DNA of 48,045 nt from an uncultured Pseudomonadota bacterium. Lineage in GTDB: Bacteria > Pseudomonadota > Gammaproteobacteria > Burkholderiales > SCOH01. The notes under the pieces were generated by a model. It saw nothing but the letters and a program-made list of their open reading frames with translations. It was not told the DNA's origin and made no database searches. The stretch spans positions 1 through 48,045 of the forward strand of contig CALMFQ010000362.1 of the NCBI GenBank assembly GCA_937863215.1, written 5' to 3'. The translations under genes were made by a program, and so were the position numbers. Shown one piece after another: positions 19,051-29,353 of this stretch; position 1 is the stretch's first letter; every line of letters starts with the position of its first letter.

Positions 19051-20436
19051 TCATTGCGCTGCAACATATTGATCTGGATCATGTTGCCAGCAGATTTGTA
19101 CGCCATCTTCACCTGCGGAGGCCTGAAATTCGGCTGCCACCGTAACACCCGGTACCGCCACCAGACGATCGCCAATCCACAGCAACGGCAAGGAATTGCG
19201 CCGCCACGGCGGAATCGCCGCCTCCTGTAGCAGGTGCTTGAGCTGCCGTTGGGCACCGCCCAAAATCGGGCGTAAGCGTTCGCCGCCAACGCGTTTGCGC
19301 ATATCCAGGCGGTGAGCCGACAACCAGCGCAACCCTACCCCCTGCCCCACTCTCGCAGTCATGACCAGGCGACCTTGCCATTCCGGAAAAACGGCTTCGG
19401 TGCGGCCCAGCAGATCGATGCCGGTTTGCGGCGGGCAGCGCGGTTCGACCGCCATGCGCCGCAAATACATCCGCTCGCGATAACGTTCGGCCAGCCAGCC
19501 ACCGATGCGGATCTGCGGCTCCGCATCCACGCGGGCTTGCAGCATTTGTTGCTGCAGTTGTTCAAGCACCGCAGCCGAAGGTGTGACGTCGCGCTGGCGC
19601 AGGAACCAGCGCAACAGGTTGCGCTGGCGTGCAGGCGACAAAGGCAGTAACGCCGTCAGTTCCAGCCAGCCCTCAGCCAATTCGCCGTGAAAGTCCTGCG
19701 CAGCCAGTTCATCGAGCAGATCGGCACTTTCCCGCGAATGTTGCGCCGCCTGTCGCAGCTGCCTTCGATACGCAGGGAACACCTGTTCGATACGTGGCAA
19801 CAATTCATGGCGCAGCCAATTACGCCGATAGCGTGTGTCGTCGTTGCTTTCGTCGTCAATCCAGCGCAGACCCGCTGCGTGTGCATAAGTCTCGAGTTGC
19901 TCACGCGGGATCTGCAGCAGTGGCCGCAGCAACAATTTGTCGGCATGATCCAGTGGCCTGCTGTCAGGCATAGCCGCCAGGCCGTGCGTACCTGCACCGC
20001 GCAGCAGACGTAACAGCATGGTTTCGCACTGGTCATCCAGATGATGCGCGAGCAGGATCAGGTCGGCGTCCGCGGCGTGGTAGGCGGCGTAACGTGCAGT
20101 GCGTGCAACGGCTTCCAGGCTTTCACCGCCGCTGCGCCGCAACTGCACCCGCCGAACCTGTAGTGGAATGCTGTAAACGTGCGCCAGCTGCTGGCAGAAC
20201 TGCTGCCAGTTGTCGGCATTGGGGCTGATCTGGTGATTGACGTGGAGTGCGGAAAGTTGCAGCGCGAAGCGCGGTGCAATGCGAGCCAGCAGATCGAGCA
20301 GAACCACCGAATCCAGCCCTCCGCTCAGGCCAACGACACAGCGCCGGCCGGCGAAAGGCTGCAGCGCTGCAGCGACGCAGGATTCGATCCGCTGCAACTC
20401 AGGCAGCAGAGGCGGTAATTTCCTTGAACCGGCCAT
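19051..20436 (-). CDS. tilS: tRNA(Ile)-lysidine synthetase
   Basis: PP-loop [14 protein letters not shown] and HLDDQCET motifs. 461 aa. The start region overlaps the accA 3' end by 38 nt, so the true start may be slightly downstream. Confidence 0.9.
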   Translation of the reverse strand: MAGSRKLPPLLPELQRIESCVAAALQPFAGRRCVVGLSGGLDSVVLLDLLARIAPRFALQLSALHVNHQISPNADNWQQFCQQLAHVYSIPLQVRRVQLRRSGGESLEAVARTARYAAYHAADADLILLAHHLDDQCETMLLRLLRGAGTHGLAAMPDSRPLDHADKLLLRPLLQIPREQLETYAHAAGLRWIDDESNDDTRYRRNWLRHELLPRIEQVFPAYRRQLRQAAQHSRESADLLDELAAQDFHGELAEGWLELTALLPLSPARQRNLLRWFLRQRDVTPSAAVLEQLQQQMLQARVDAEPQIRIGGWLAERYRERMYLRRMAVEPRCPPQTGIDLLGRTEAVFPEWQGRLVMTARVGQGVGLRWLSAHRLDMRKRVGGERLRPILGGAQRQLKHLLQEAAIPPWRRNSLPLLWIGDRLVAVPGVTVAAEFQASAGEDGVQICWQHDPDQYVAAQ

Positions 20437-21373
20437 GGCCGAGAATTCGATCGAAACGGGCGCTCAGCAGGTCGTCCAGCGGCTTGTTGCCAAGGTTCTT
20501 GTAAGCGTCGGCCAGCGCCTTTTTCATTGCCTGCATCATCTGTGGATGATCGCGATGCGCTCCGCCGAGCGGTTCGGGAATGACGCGGTCGATCAGCCCC
20601 AGCGTTTTCAGCCGATTGGCGGTAATGCCCAGCAGTTCGGCGGCCTCGGGCGCCATGTCGGCGCTCTTCCACAGAATTGAAGCGCAACCTTCGGGTGAAA
20701 TGACCGAATAGGTCGAGTACTGCAGCATTTGCACCACATCGCCGACGGCAATCGCTAACGCCCCACCGGAGCCACCCTCGCCAATCACGGTGCAGATCAC
20801 CGGCACCCGCAGCTTGGCCATTTCAAACAGATTGCGGCCGATTGCCTCCGACTGGCCGCGCTCTTCCGCACCAATGCCGGGATAGGCCCCAGGTGTGTCA
20901 ACGAAGGTAAAAATCGGCAATTCGAATTTTTCCGCCAGCTTCATCAGCCGCAGCGCCTTGCGATAGCCTTCCGGGCGCGGCATGCCGAAATTGCGCGCGA
21001 TCTTTTCCTTGGTATCGCGACCTTTCTGATGGCCGATCACCATGCATGGCTGACCGTTGAAGCGTGCCATGCCGCCAACGATCGCCGCATCGTCGGCAAA
21101 AGTGCGGTCGCCATGCAACTCATCGAAATCGGTAAACACGCCTTTCAGGTAGTCCAGCGTGTAAGGCCGCTGCGGATGGCGTGAAACCTGGGAAATCTGC
21201 CACGGGTTGAGCTTGGCGTAAATGGATTTGGTCAGCTCAAGATTCTTCTGCTGCAGGCGATTGATCTCTTCCGAAATATCGAGCGCCGAATCGTCCTGCA
21301 CGAAGCGCAGTTCTTCAATCTTGGCTTCAAGTTCGGCAATCGGTTGTTCAAAATCGAGAAATGTAGTTTTCAT
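20399..21373 (-). CDS. accA: acetyl-CoA carboxylase carboxyltransferase alpha subunit
   Basis: [24 protein letters not shown].., [11 protein letters not shown] and [14 protein letters not shown] are near-identical to E. coli AccA. The internal start is at 21373. Confidence 0.97.
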   Translation of the reverse strand: MKTTFLDFEQPIAELEAKIEELRFVQDDSALDISEEINRLQQKNLELTKSIYAKLNPWQISQVSRHPQRPYTLDYLKGVFTDFDELHGDRTFADDAAIVGGMARFNGQPCMVIGHQKGRDTKEKIARNFGMPRPEGYRKALRLMKLAEKFELPIFTFVDTPGAYPGIGAEERGQSEAIGRNLFEMAKLRVPVICTVIGEGGSGGALAIAVGDVVQMLQYSTYSVISPEGCASILWKSADMAPEAAELLGITANRLKTLGLIDRVIPEPLGGAHRDHPQMMQAMKKALADAYKNLGNKPLDDLLSARFDRILGHGRFKEITASAA

Positions 21374-21441
21374 GCGGGCAGAAGAAAACAGTAACGAGTT
21401 GGGGCAATGATACACCTTGTCGGCATACTGCCCCAAGCGGA

Positions 21442-21852
21442 TTACCGGTTGCTGAAGACGATCCTGGCGCTGATACCGGGTTTCTGCATGCCAAGACGTG
21501 CGGCAGTATTGATCAGGATCGGCGCATGCGAAGCCGGCATCAGCTGGTTGTCTTCCTTGCGCACCATCAGCAACACCGACACAGTCCCGGGGTCGGAAAT
21601 CTTCAACAGAGCGGTTTCGCTATCGTCGAGCGTGATTTCGTAATTGATGCCGATGCATGCCGGGTCGATCAGGCCGAACGAAACGTCCGGTTCATCCAGC
21701 GACTGCAGCCACATCACGATCGGGTTGCTGACGTCCTCGTGCAACAGTTTGTAGCGCCGCGAATTTTCAAAGCCGGCCAGCGGCTGCGGGAACTCGATCA
21801 CGGTATCCGGATCGACTTCGATCCGGCCGAAACGGGTGGAATCGATCTGCAT
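21442..21852 (-). CDS. fliW: flagellar assembly factor FliW homologue
   Basis: [37 protein letters not shown]....[21 protein letters not shown]...NYEITLDD...APILIN follows the FliW pattern. GGAGGAG SD lies upstream of ATG 21852. Confidence 0.8.
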   Translation of the reverse strand: MQIDSTRFGRIEVDPDTVIEFPQPLAGFENSRRYKLLHEDVSNPIVMWLQSLDEPDVSFGLIDPACIGINYEITLDDSETALLKISDPGTVSVLLMVRKEDNQLMPASHAPILINTAARLGMQKPGISARIVFSNR

Positions 21853-21912
21853 CTTCACTCCTCCTTGGATAAATCCTGACTGCATTATTGGCGATATGAC
21901 TGGCAATCGCAG

Positions 21913-23430
21913 TTAAGCCGCCAGGCCGAAAAACTGCCGGATGCGCTCCAGCAACTCCGGCTGGCGCGCCGAGCGGCGGCGTTCGTTGCTGTTTTGCGGA
22001 ATGGCCGGATGGTTTGCCTGGCGCTCCGCCAGCACGTGTGCGATCACTTCTGCCAGCTCCGGTCGCGCATGCAGCACGCTGGTAAACGATTCCTTGTCCA
22101 GCAGGTAGCATTCGGCGTCGGTGCGTGCCTGCACCGTGGCCGAGCGCGGCGAGCCGGTCAGCAGGCCCATTTCGCCGAAAAAGCTGCCGGCCGACAATGT
22201 ATTCAGCAACGCCCTGCCGGATGGTTGTTCGCTCCAGATATCCACATCGCCGCGGGTAAGAATGTACAGCCAGTGCGCTACTGCACCTTGGCGGGTAATG
22301 ATGTCACCCTTGGTGAACGGGGCATATTTCAGGCGTTCGGCAATGGTGCGGCGCTCGTTCTCGTCCAGCTTGGCAAACAGGTCTACCTGTTGCAGCGCAT
22401 CCAGCCGCCGCAGCAGATCGCGCTGCCGCTGCGCCTCCAGATAGTGCTCGTTTTCCTTGGTGAGATAGACGTTGTATTCCGGCATTGCGATACGGATGCC
22501 GGCACGCAGCAGCGCGGCGAACAGATGCTGGCGCACTGCGGAATCGGTGCCGTCATCGTTGCGGATATCGGATAGCCAGTAGCGCAGCGCATATTTGGCA
22601 TTGCCCTGTTCGAAATCCATCAAGACACAGCTAGCCGGCCGGTCGCTCGCCACGCCGGATATGACTGCGCCGCGCACCGCCTTTTCGACGGTCTCGATCA
22701 CCGTTCCCGGCATACTTTCCAGATTCACGTAAAACCACACCCAGCGCCGCTGCGGCACGGTCAGGTTGCCGCGTTTGCCGATCAGCGTAAATTCGTTCTT
22801 CATCAACACGCTATTGGGTATTACGACAATTTCGCCGTTGCGCGTTTCGATTGCCGTGGCGCGCCAGCGCACGCCGACCACCTGCCCGCTGGTATTGCCG
22901 ATGCGTACCCAGTCACCAAGCGCCAGCGCATCGCCCATCTGCAGCGCCAGACCGCTCAGCACATTGCCTAGCGTATCCTGCATCGAAAACGCAATTACCG
23001 CGGTAATCACTGCCGACGTAGTCACGATCTGGCTCAAGTCGAGCCCGGCATAACGCAAGCGCACCAGCCCCCAGGCGATGTAGCCGACGAACACCACCAC
23101 GTCTTCCATGATTTCCGGTGCGTTGAAACGCAAGCGCGGCAACAGCAGGCCGAACAGGATGACACCCCACAGGCGTATCAGTGCCAGTCCGATACCGATT
23201 GTCGATGCTTCGCGCACCACCAGATAAATCTGGCGCATGCCCAGTGTTTGCAGCGAATTGGACGCGAGCAGCATTGCCACACAGAAAGCAAAGAATCCGG
23301 CTGTACGCAACAGGCGAAGACGCTCGCCCGGTTGCAGCACAGCGGTCAGCCCGCCGATCAGCAGAGTAACCAGCAGGAACACCCAGGCTTCGGCGTTGAT
23401 CGGATCAGCCAATGACAGGAGATCGTTCAT
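21913..23430 (-). CDS. MscS-family mechanosensitive channel fused to a C-terminal cyclic-nucleotide-binding domain (bCNG type)
   Basis: 505 aa with N-terminal TM helices and an MscS pore/beta domain (SGLALQMGDALALGDWVRIGNTSGQVVGVRWRATAIETRNGEIVVIPNS). C-terminal cNMP cassette FGEMGLLTGSPRSATVQA. Confidence 0.85.
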   Translation of the reverse strand: MNDLLSLADPINAEAWVFLLVTLLIGGLTAVLQPGERLRLLRTAGFFAFCVAMLLASNSLQTLGMRQIYLVVREASTIGIGLALIRLWGVILFGLLLPRLRFNAPEIMEDVVVFVGYIAWGLVRLRYAGLDLSQIVTTSAVITAVIAFSMQDTLGNVLSGLALQMGDALALGDWVRIGNTSGQVVGVRWRATAIETRNGEIVVIPNSVLMKNEFTLIGKRGNLTVPQRRWVWFYVNLESMPGTVIETVEKAVRGAVISGVASDRPASCVLMDFEQGNAKYALRYWLSDIRNDDGTDSAVRQHLFAALLRAGIRIAMPEYNVYLTKENEHYLEAQRQRDLLRRLDALQQVDLFAKLDENERRTIAERLKYAPFTKGDIITRQGAVAHWLYILTRGDVDIWSEQPSGRALLNTLSAGSFFGEMGLLTGSPRSATVQARTDAECYLLDKESFTSVLHARPELAEVIAHVLAERQANHPAIPQNSNERRRSARQPELLERIRQFFGLAA

Positions 23431-23502
23431 TTCCGGCCGGCGCGCAGGTGGAGGAATACGACATGAGGAACTAGAATCAAAGCCACTCGGAGACGGGATT
23501 TT

Positions 23503-24012
23503 ATGTATAACAATAGTCTAGTCAAAAAGCTTGCCCAGTCGGTGAAATTGTTCTGCGGACTGGCGTCGGACGACATCCGCGAGTTTCTTGCCAATTGCCG
23601 GCGCCACGACGTCGAGCCGGGAGCGGCGGTAATTGTGCAGGGCGAGAATGGCAATGAAATGTTTGTTGTCGTTTCCGGTTTGCTTGAGGTCGAGCACGAA
23701 GGGCCGGACGGAGTACAGCATTTGAGTACGCTGCAACCCGGATCGGTATTCGGCGAACTGGCGATTCTCGATCAGTTGCCGCGCTCTGCGACAGTACGGG
23801 CAGTCGAGCCGTCGCTGCTGCTCGGATTCGAGCGCGGTTCGCTGGTGAAAATCCCGCTGGTAGCACCCAAGCTGTATCGCAACATTGCGCTGATATTGTC
23901 CAGCCGGTTGCGCGATACCAACGCACTGCTGTCGGTTTGCCTGACCGCCCCGAAAACCCCTGCCGGGCCGGCAGCCTCCGGCCGGCAGTATCGAACCCGC
24001 AACGTGCTCTAG
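23503..24012 (+). CDS. stand-alone cyclic-nucleotide-binding domain protein
   Basis: 169 aa with the phosphate-binding cassette FGELAILDQLPRSATVRA. No HTH or other output domain. GGAG lies 10 nt upstream of the ATG. Confidence 0.8.
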   Translation: MYNNSLVKKLAQSVKLFCGLASDDIREFLANCRRHDVEPGAAVIVQGENGNEMFVVVSGLLEVEHEGPDGVQHLSTLQPGSVFGELAILDQLPRSATVRAVEPSLLLGFERGSLVKIPLVAPKLYRNIALILSSRLRDTNALLSVCLTAPKTPAGPAASGRQYRTRNVL

Positions 24013-24041
24013 CTCGGGCACTTGCAGCATCTGAGAGCAGG

Positions 24042-24494
24042 ATGCCCATGGAACAACCCTATCTTGTCTGGACCATACTCGCCGGCATGTTGCTTGCCGG
24101 CGAAATGTTCAGCGGTACTTTTTATCTGCTGATTGTTGCTCTAGCATTTGCGCTGGCGGCGCTGCTGGCTTGGCTGGGTATCCCGTTCGCGCTGCAGCTG
24201 CTGGTTGCGGCGGGTGTCGGTGTGGCAGGCGTCGGCTGGCTGTGGCGGCAACGCCGGCAAACCGTGCCAGCGGCCGGACAGGACAATTTCGACATTGGCC
24301 AGACGGTGACCATTGTCAGCTGGCACGACGCAACCCGCGTCCGGGTACGCCATCGTGGCACCGAATGGGACGCCCGGCTGGTGCGCGGCTCGCGCGAATC
24401 CACGCCGTTGTACATCGTCGCGGTTCAGGCTTCGACGTTGCTGTTATCCGATCAACCACCCGAGAAAAGCCAGCCATCATGCCAGTCGCACTGA
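24042..24494 (+). CDS. NfeD-family (YbbJ-like) membrane protein
   Basis: N-terminal TM helices (WTILAGMLLAGEMFSGTFYLL..) as in E. coli YbbJ. The C-terminal soluble segment (GQTVTIVSWHD..VRVRHRGTEWDARL) has an OB-fold-like pattern. The start could be 24042 or 24048. Confidence 0.75.
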   Translation: MPMEQPYLVWTILAGMLLAGEMFSGTFYLLIVALAFALAALLAWLGIPFALQLLVAAGVGVAGVGWLWRQRRQTVPAAGQDNFDIGQTVTIVSWHDATRVRVRHRGTEWDARLVRGSRESTPLYIVAVQASTLLLSDQPPEKSQPSCQSH

Positions 24495-25441
24495 TCATCC
24501 TCGTCGTAGTCATCGTCTTCATCGCCAAATCGGTCAAGGTCGTGCCGCAACAGCACGCCTGGGTGCTGGAACGCCTGGGCCGGTTTCATGGCGTGCTGCA
24601 ACCGGGCCTGAATATCGTGTTGCCGTTCATCGACCGGATCGCCTATCGCCACAGCCTGAAGGAAATACCGCTCGATGTACCAAGCCAGGTGTGCATTACC
24701 CGCGACAATACCCAACTGCAGGTAGACGGTATTCTGTACTTTCAGGTTACCGATCCGAAGCTCGCGTCGTATGGCTCCAGCGATCCGATTCTGGCAATCA
24801 CGCAGATGGCACAGACCACACTGCGCTCGGTGATTGGCAAGATGGAACTGGATCGCACCTTCGAGGAACGCGACGATATCAACCGCGCGGTAGTTGCAGC
24901 GCTGGACGAGGCGGCGATGAACTGGGGCGTGAAGGTATTGCGCTACGAGATCAAGGATCTCACCCCGCCGGCCGACATTCTGCACGCGATGCAGGCGCAG
25001 ATTACCGCAGAACGTGAAAAGCGCGCACTGATCGCCGCATCCGAAGGCCGCAAGCAGGAGCAGATCAACATCGCCACCGGCGAGCGCGAAGCGGCCATCC
25101 AGCGCTCCGAGGGCGAAATGCAGGCAGCGATCAATCAGTCCGAAGGTGAAAAACAGGCGGCAATCAATCGCGCCATGGGTGAAGCGGAGGCCGTCAAGCT
25201 GGTGGCGCGTGCCACTGCCGAGGCGATTCACATGGTGGCACAAACCATTCGCCAGCCGGGAGGCATGGAGGCGGTCAATCTCAAGGTGGCGGAACAATAT
25301 GTGCAGGCATTCGGACAGGTAGCCAAAGCCGGCAACACACTGATTCTGCCGGGAAACATGGCGGATGTCGGCGGTCTGGTAGCATCGGCGATGGCCATTG
25401 TACGCCAGCAGCCCGGCACAGCCGGCCAAGCCAGCCATTGA
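24479..25441 (+). CDS. qmcA: SPFH/band-7 stomatin-like protein (QmcA-like)
   Basis: VKVVPQQHAWVLERLGRFHGVLQPGLNIVLPFIDRI.., VLRYEIKDLTPP and the AEGE/SEGE repeat region align closely with E. coli QmcA. The start overlaps the nfeD-like gene by 16 nt. Confidence 0.9.
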   Translation: MPVALIILVVVIVFIAKSVKVVPQQHAWVLERLGRFHGVLQPGLNIVLPFIDRIAYRHSLKEIPLDVPSQVCITRDNTQLQVDGILYFQVTDPKLASYGSSDPILAITQMAQTTLRSVIGKMELDRTFEERDDINRAVVAALDEAAMNWGVKVLRYEIKDLTPPADILHAMQAQITAEREKRALIAASEGRKQEQINIATGEREAAIQRSEGEMQAAINQSEGEKQAAINRAMGEAEAVKLVARATAEAIHMVAQTIRQPGGMEAVNLKVAEQYVQAFGQVAKAGNTLILPGNMADVGGLVASAMAIVRQQPGTAGQASH

Positions 25442-25642
25442 TGCGGCCTATGGTGGCGATAGAAACAAATCACCGGCGGCAGCTAGTTGAAACACTGCAG
25501 CCGCGTAGCCATTTGCAGTAGACTTGCGGCAAATCGGGCGCTGGCGGCGCCCCTCCCCGATAACCTGCGCAGCCCGGTGCGCTACTGCCGGCCATCGGCT
25601 TCAATCCAATCGGCCCGGCGGTTGCGCAGCGGGATGACATAA

Positions 25643-26614
<972 letters not shown>

Positions 26615-26619
26615 GCAAC

Positions 26620-27261
26620 ATGAAGGATGACGCACTGACCCGTTTACGGGCATTGCGCAAGCAACTGCAACAGCCGGTGCGGCCCCGCCCGGCTGTTGTC
26701 GTTCCGCTTCCGCCATCCGATCAGGAATTGTTCCGGCGCGAAACGCGCGATGTCACGCCGTTACCGCAGCAAAACCGTCGGCCACGCTTTTGCGCCTTGC
26801 CGGCACCGCTGCCGTTGCAGCACATCCACGATGAGCAACAAGTGCTGATCGACTCGATGAGCGACTGGAATCCGTGGGACGACGGGCCGGATACCGGTAC
26901 CGAAATCGTCTTCCTGCGCGACGGCGTGCCGCGGGACGCGCTGAAGAAACTGCGCAAGGGCCACTGGGTTATTCAGGCCGAACTCGATCTGCATGGCTGC
27001 AATGTGGATCAGGCGCGGCTGGCGGTGGCGCACTTCCTGCTGGAATGCCGCAAGCGCCACATTCGCTGCATCCGCATCATTCACGGCAAGGGGCTGGGAT
27101 CGAAGAACCGCGAGTCGGTCTTGCGCGGCAAGGTGCCAGGCTGGCTGATGCAGCGCGACGAAGTGCTGGCGTTTTGTCAGGCTCCGAATGTCGATGGTGG
27201 CTCGGGAGCCCTGTTCGCCTTGCTGCGCGGTGGCCGGCCGGCACCGCTGGCAACGCGGTAA
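26620..27261 (+). CDS. Smr-domain protein (SmrA-like)
   Basis: C-terminal Smr domain: ELDLHGCNVDQARLAVAHFLLECRKRHIRCIRIIHGKGLGS. Starts 5 nt after trxB. Confidence 0.8.
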   Translation: MKDDALTRLRALRKQLQQPVRPRPAVVVPLPPSDQELFRRETRDVTPLPQQNRRPRFCALPAPLPLQHIHDEQQVLIDSMSDWNPWDDGPDTGTEIVFLRDGVPRDALKKLRKGHWVIQAELDLHGCNVDQARLAVAHFLLECRKRHIRCIRIIHGKGLGSKNRESVLRGKVPGWLMQRDEVLAFCQAPNVDGGSGALFALLRGGRPAPLATR

Positions 27262-27320
27262 GCAATTCTTAAGCATGTTGATGCTATACTCCGCGGTCGT
27301 CCTGAGCCCGATATACGCTT

Positions 27321-28982
27321 GTGCCCATTCAACAAACCCTGCCTTCCAGCCGTTTTTTCCTGCTGCTCGCTGTTCTGTTTGCAACCCTGTGGTTTGGCCA
27401 GCTCGATTATCGCAAGCTGGTAAAGCCTGACGAAGGCCGCTACGCGGAGATTTCGCGCGAAATGGTGGCCAGCGGGGATTGGGTTACGCCGCGCCTGAAC
27501 GACCTGAAATATTTCGAAAAGCCGCCGATGCAGTACTGGGCAACTGCCGCCGCATTCGAGACATTCGGCACAAACGAATGGACGGCTCGTCTGTGGACTG
27601 CGCTGACCGGTTTTGCCGGCGTATTGCTGGCCGGCTACACCGGCGCGCGCCTGTATGGCCGCACGGCCGGGCTGCTGGCAGCGATAGTGCTGGGCAGCAG
27701 CTTTTACTATTTTGCCCTCGGCCATATCAATACGCTGGACATGGGCGTGTCGTTGTTCCTCGAACTGGCGCTGGCCGGGTTTCTACTGGCGCACCGCGAC
27801 AACGCCGGCTCCCGTGAGAATCGTAACTGGATGCTGCTGACCTGGGCGGCAATGGCCGGCGCCATGCTGTCAAAGGGTTTGATCGGCCTGGTATTGCCCG
27901 GTGCGGCGCTGGTCATTTATGTGCTGCTGACGCGCCAGTGGCAGATTCTTGCGCGCATGCACTGGATCAAGGGGCTGGCGCTGTTCGGTCTGCTGGCAGT
28001 GCCATGGTTTGTGCTGGTGAGCCAGCGCAACCCGGAGTTCTTCCAGTTCTTCTTCATTCACGAACATTTCCAGCGTTTTGCTGCCGATGGGCATCGCCGC
28101 ACCGGTGCCTGGTGGTATTTCTTCCCGGTGCTGATCATCGGCATCAGCCCATGGCTCAACTGGCTGCTGCAAAGCATGCGTGACGGACTGCGCAGCCAAG
28201 GCGAAACCTTCCGCCCGGGCTTGTTGCTGCTGGTCTGGTCGGTATTCATCTTCTTTTTCTTCAGCATTTCGCATTCCAAGCTGCCGGCCTATATCCTGCC
28301 CATCATGCCAGCCTTGGCGATTCTGATCGGCAAGCGCCTTGCCACAACCGATGCGCGCCAGCTGGCGCCGCATTTTGCCGGGCTCGCCGTGCTGTCCGCC
28401 GGGGTAATGATCGCGGCCTTGTTGCTGCCGCAGCTGCAAGACCTTTCCAGCAAGGATACGCCGCCGGAAATGATTCTCGCCTACGCACGCTGGATTCAGG
28501 TTGCCTGCGTAACCGGCTGTGCCGGCTTCGTCCTGGCATGGCTGCAAAGCCGTCGCGGCAAGGCATTTGGTGCGATTGTCACGGCAGCAGCGGCCTCATC
28601 GCTGGTGGTGACGCTGTTTTTGTGCGGCCACAACTCGCTGGCGCGCTCCAATTCGGCCTATTACCTGGCCGAGGCGATCAAGCACGAAGTCAGGGCGGAC
28701 ATCCCTTTCTACTCGGTGTTGATGTATGACCAGACGCTGCCGTTCTATATGCAGCGCCCAATGACACTGGTTGCCTATACTGACGAACTGGAAATGGGCA
28801 TCAAAGCCGAACCGCACAAGGCAATCATGAATCTCGAGACTTTCCGCCAGCGCTGGCAAAGCGAACCCAAGGCACTGGCGTTGCTGCGCCGCGAAGATTT
28901 CGAAGTATTTGCCCGCGATGGCTTTATACCGATGCGGGTAATCGCACGTGACAGCCGGCGCGTAGTGGTGGCAAAGCCATGA
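27321..28982 (+). CDS. arnT: ArnT-like GT39/GT83-type 4-amino-4-deoxy-L-arabinose (undecaprenyl-phosphate-sugar) lipid A transferase
   Basis: 553-aa polytopic protein with N-terminal DEGRYAEISREMVASGDWVTPRLNDLKYFEKPPMQYW, typical of the ArnT/PMT fold. GTG start. Context of the arn genes supports the call. Confidence 0.85.
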   Translation: MPIQQTLPSSRFFLLLAVLFATLWFGQLDYRKLVKPDEGRYAEISREMVASGDWVTPRLNDLKYFEKPPMQYWATAAAFETFGTNEWTARLWTALTGFAGVLLAGYTGARLYGRTAGLLAAIVLGSSFYYFALGHINTLDMGVSLFLELALAGFLLAHRDNAGSRENRNWMLLTWAAMAGAMLSKGLIGLVLPGAALVIYVLLTRQWQILARMHWIKGLALFGLLAVPWFVLVSQRNPEFFQFFFIHEHFQRFAADGHRRTGAWWYFFPVLIIGISPWLNWLLQSMRDGLRSQGETFRPGLLLLVWSVFIFFFFSISHSKLPAYILPIMPALAILIGKRLATTDARQLAPHFAGLAVLSAGVMIAALLLPQLQDLSSKDTPPEMILAYARWIQVACVTGCAGFVLAWLQSRRGKAFGAIVTAAAASSLVVTLFLCGHNSLARSNSAYYLAEAIKHEVRADIPFYSVLMYDQTLPFYMQRPMTLVAYTDELEMGIKAEPHKAIMNLETFRQRWQSEPKALALLRREDFEVFARDGFIPMRVIARDSRRVVVAKP

Positions 28983-29350
28983 AGCTGGTTGAATTCGCAC
29001 TGATCCTGACCGGCGTCCTGCTCAACGCCTGTGCCCAGTTATTGCTCAAGGCCGGCACCAACCGCATCGGCCACTTCGAATTTCACCTCGACAACGCGCT
29101 GCCGATCGGCTGGAAGCTGGCAACCAACCCGTTCATTTTTGGCGGCCTGAGCTGTTACGCCGTCAGCGTGGTGGTCTGGATCATGGCGTTGTCACGGGTT
29201 CAGGTCAGCATCGCCTATCCGATGCTATCGATCGGCTATGTAGTCAACGCACTGGCCGCCTGGTGGCTGTTTGGCGAATCGCTGTCGGCGATGCGCATGG
29301 GTGGCATTGCCGTTATCATTATCGGCGTTTACCTGGTAGCAAAGAGCTGA
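28979..29350 (+). CDS. ArnE/ArnF-like SMR/EamA small flippase subunit
   Basis: 123 aa, 4 TM helices. VSIAYPMLSIGYVVNALAAWWLFGESLS resembles E. coli ArnE (VGIAYPMLSLNFVWVTLAA..). ATGA overlap with arnT. Confidence 0.7.
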   Translation: MKLVEFALILTGVLLNACAQLLLKAGTNRIGHFEFHLDNALPIGWKLATNPFIFGGLSCYAVSVVVWIMALSRVQVSIAYPMLSIGYVVNALAAWWLFGESLSAMRMGGIAVIIIGVYLVAKS

Positions 29351-29353
29351 GTC

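Noticed and set aside
25030-25210. Imperfect 33-bp tandem repeats encoding AAIQRSEGEMQ / AAINQSEGEKQ / AAINRAMGEAE.
   Set aside because: The same AEGE(K/R)Q hendecad repeats occur in E. coli QmcA. This is a normal coiled-coil feature of this SPFH subfamily, not a novel repeat.
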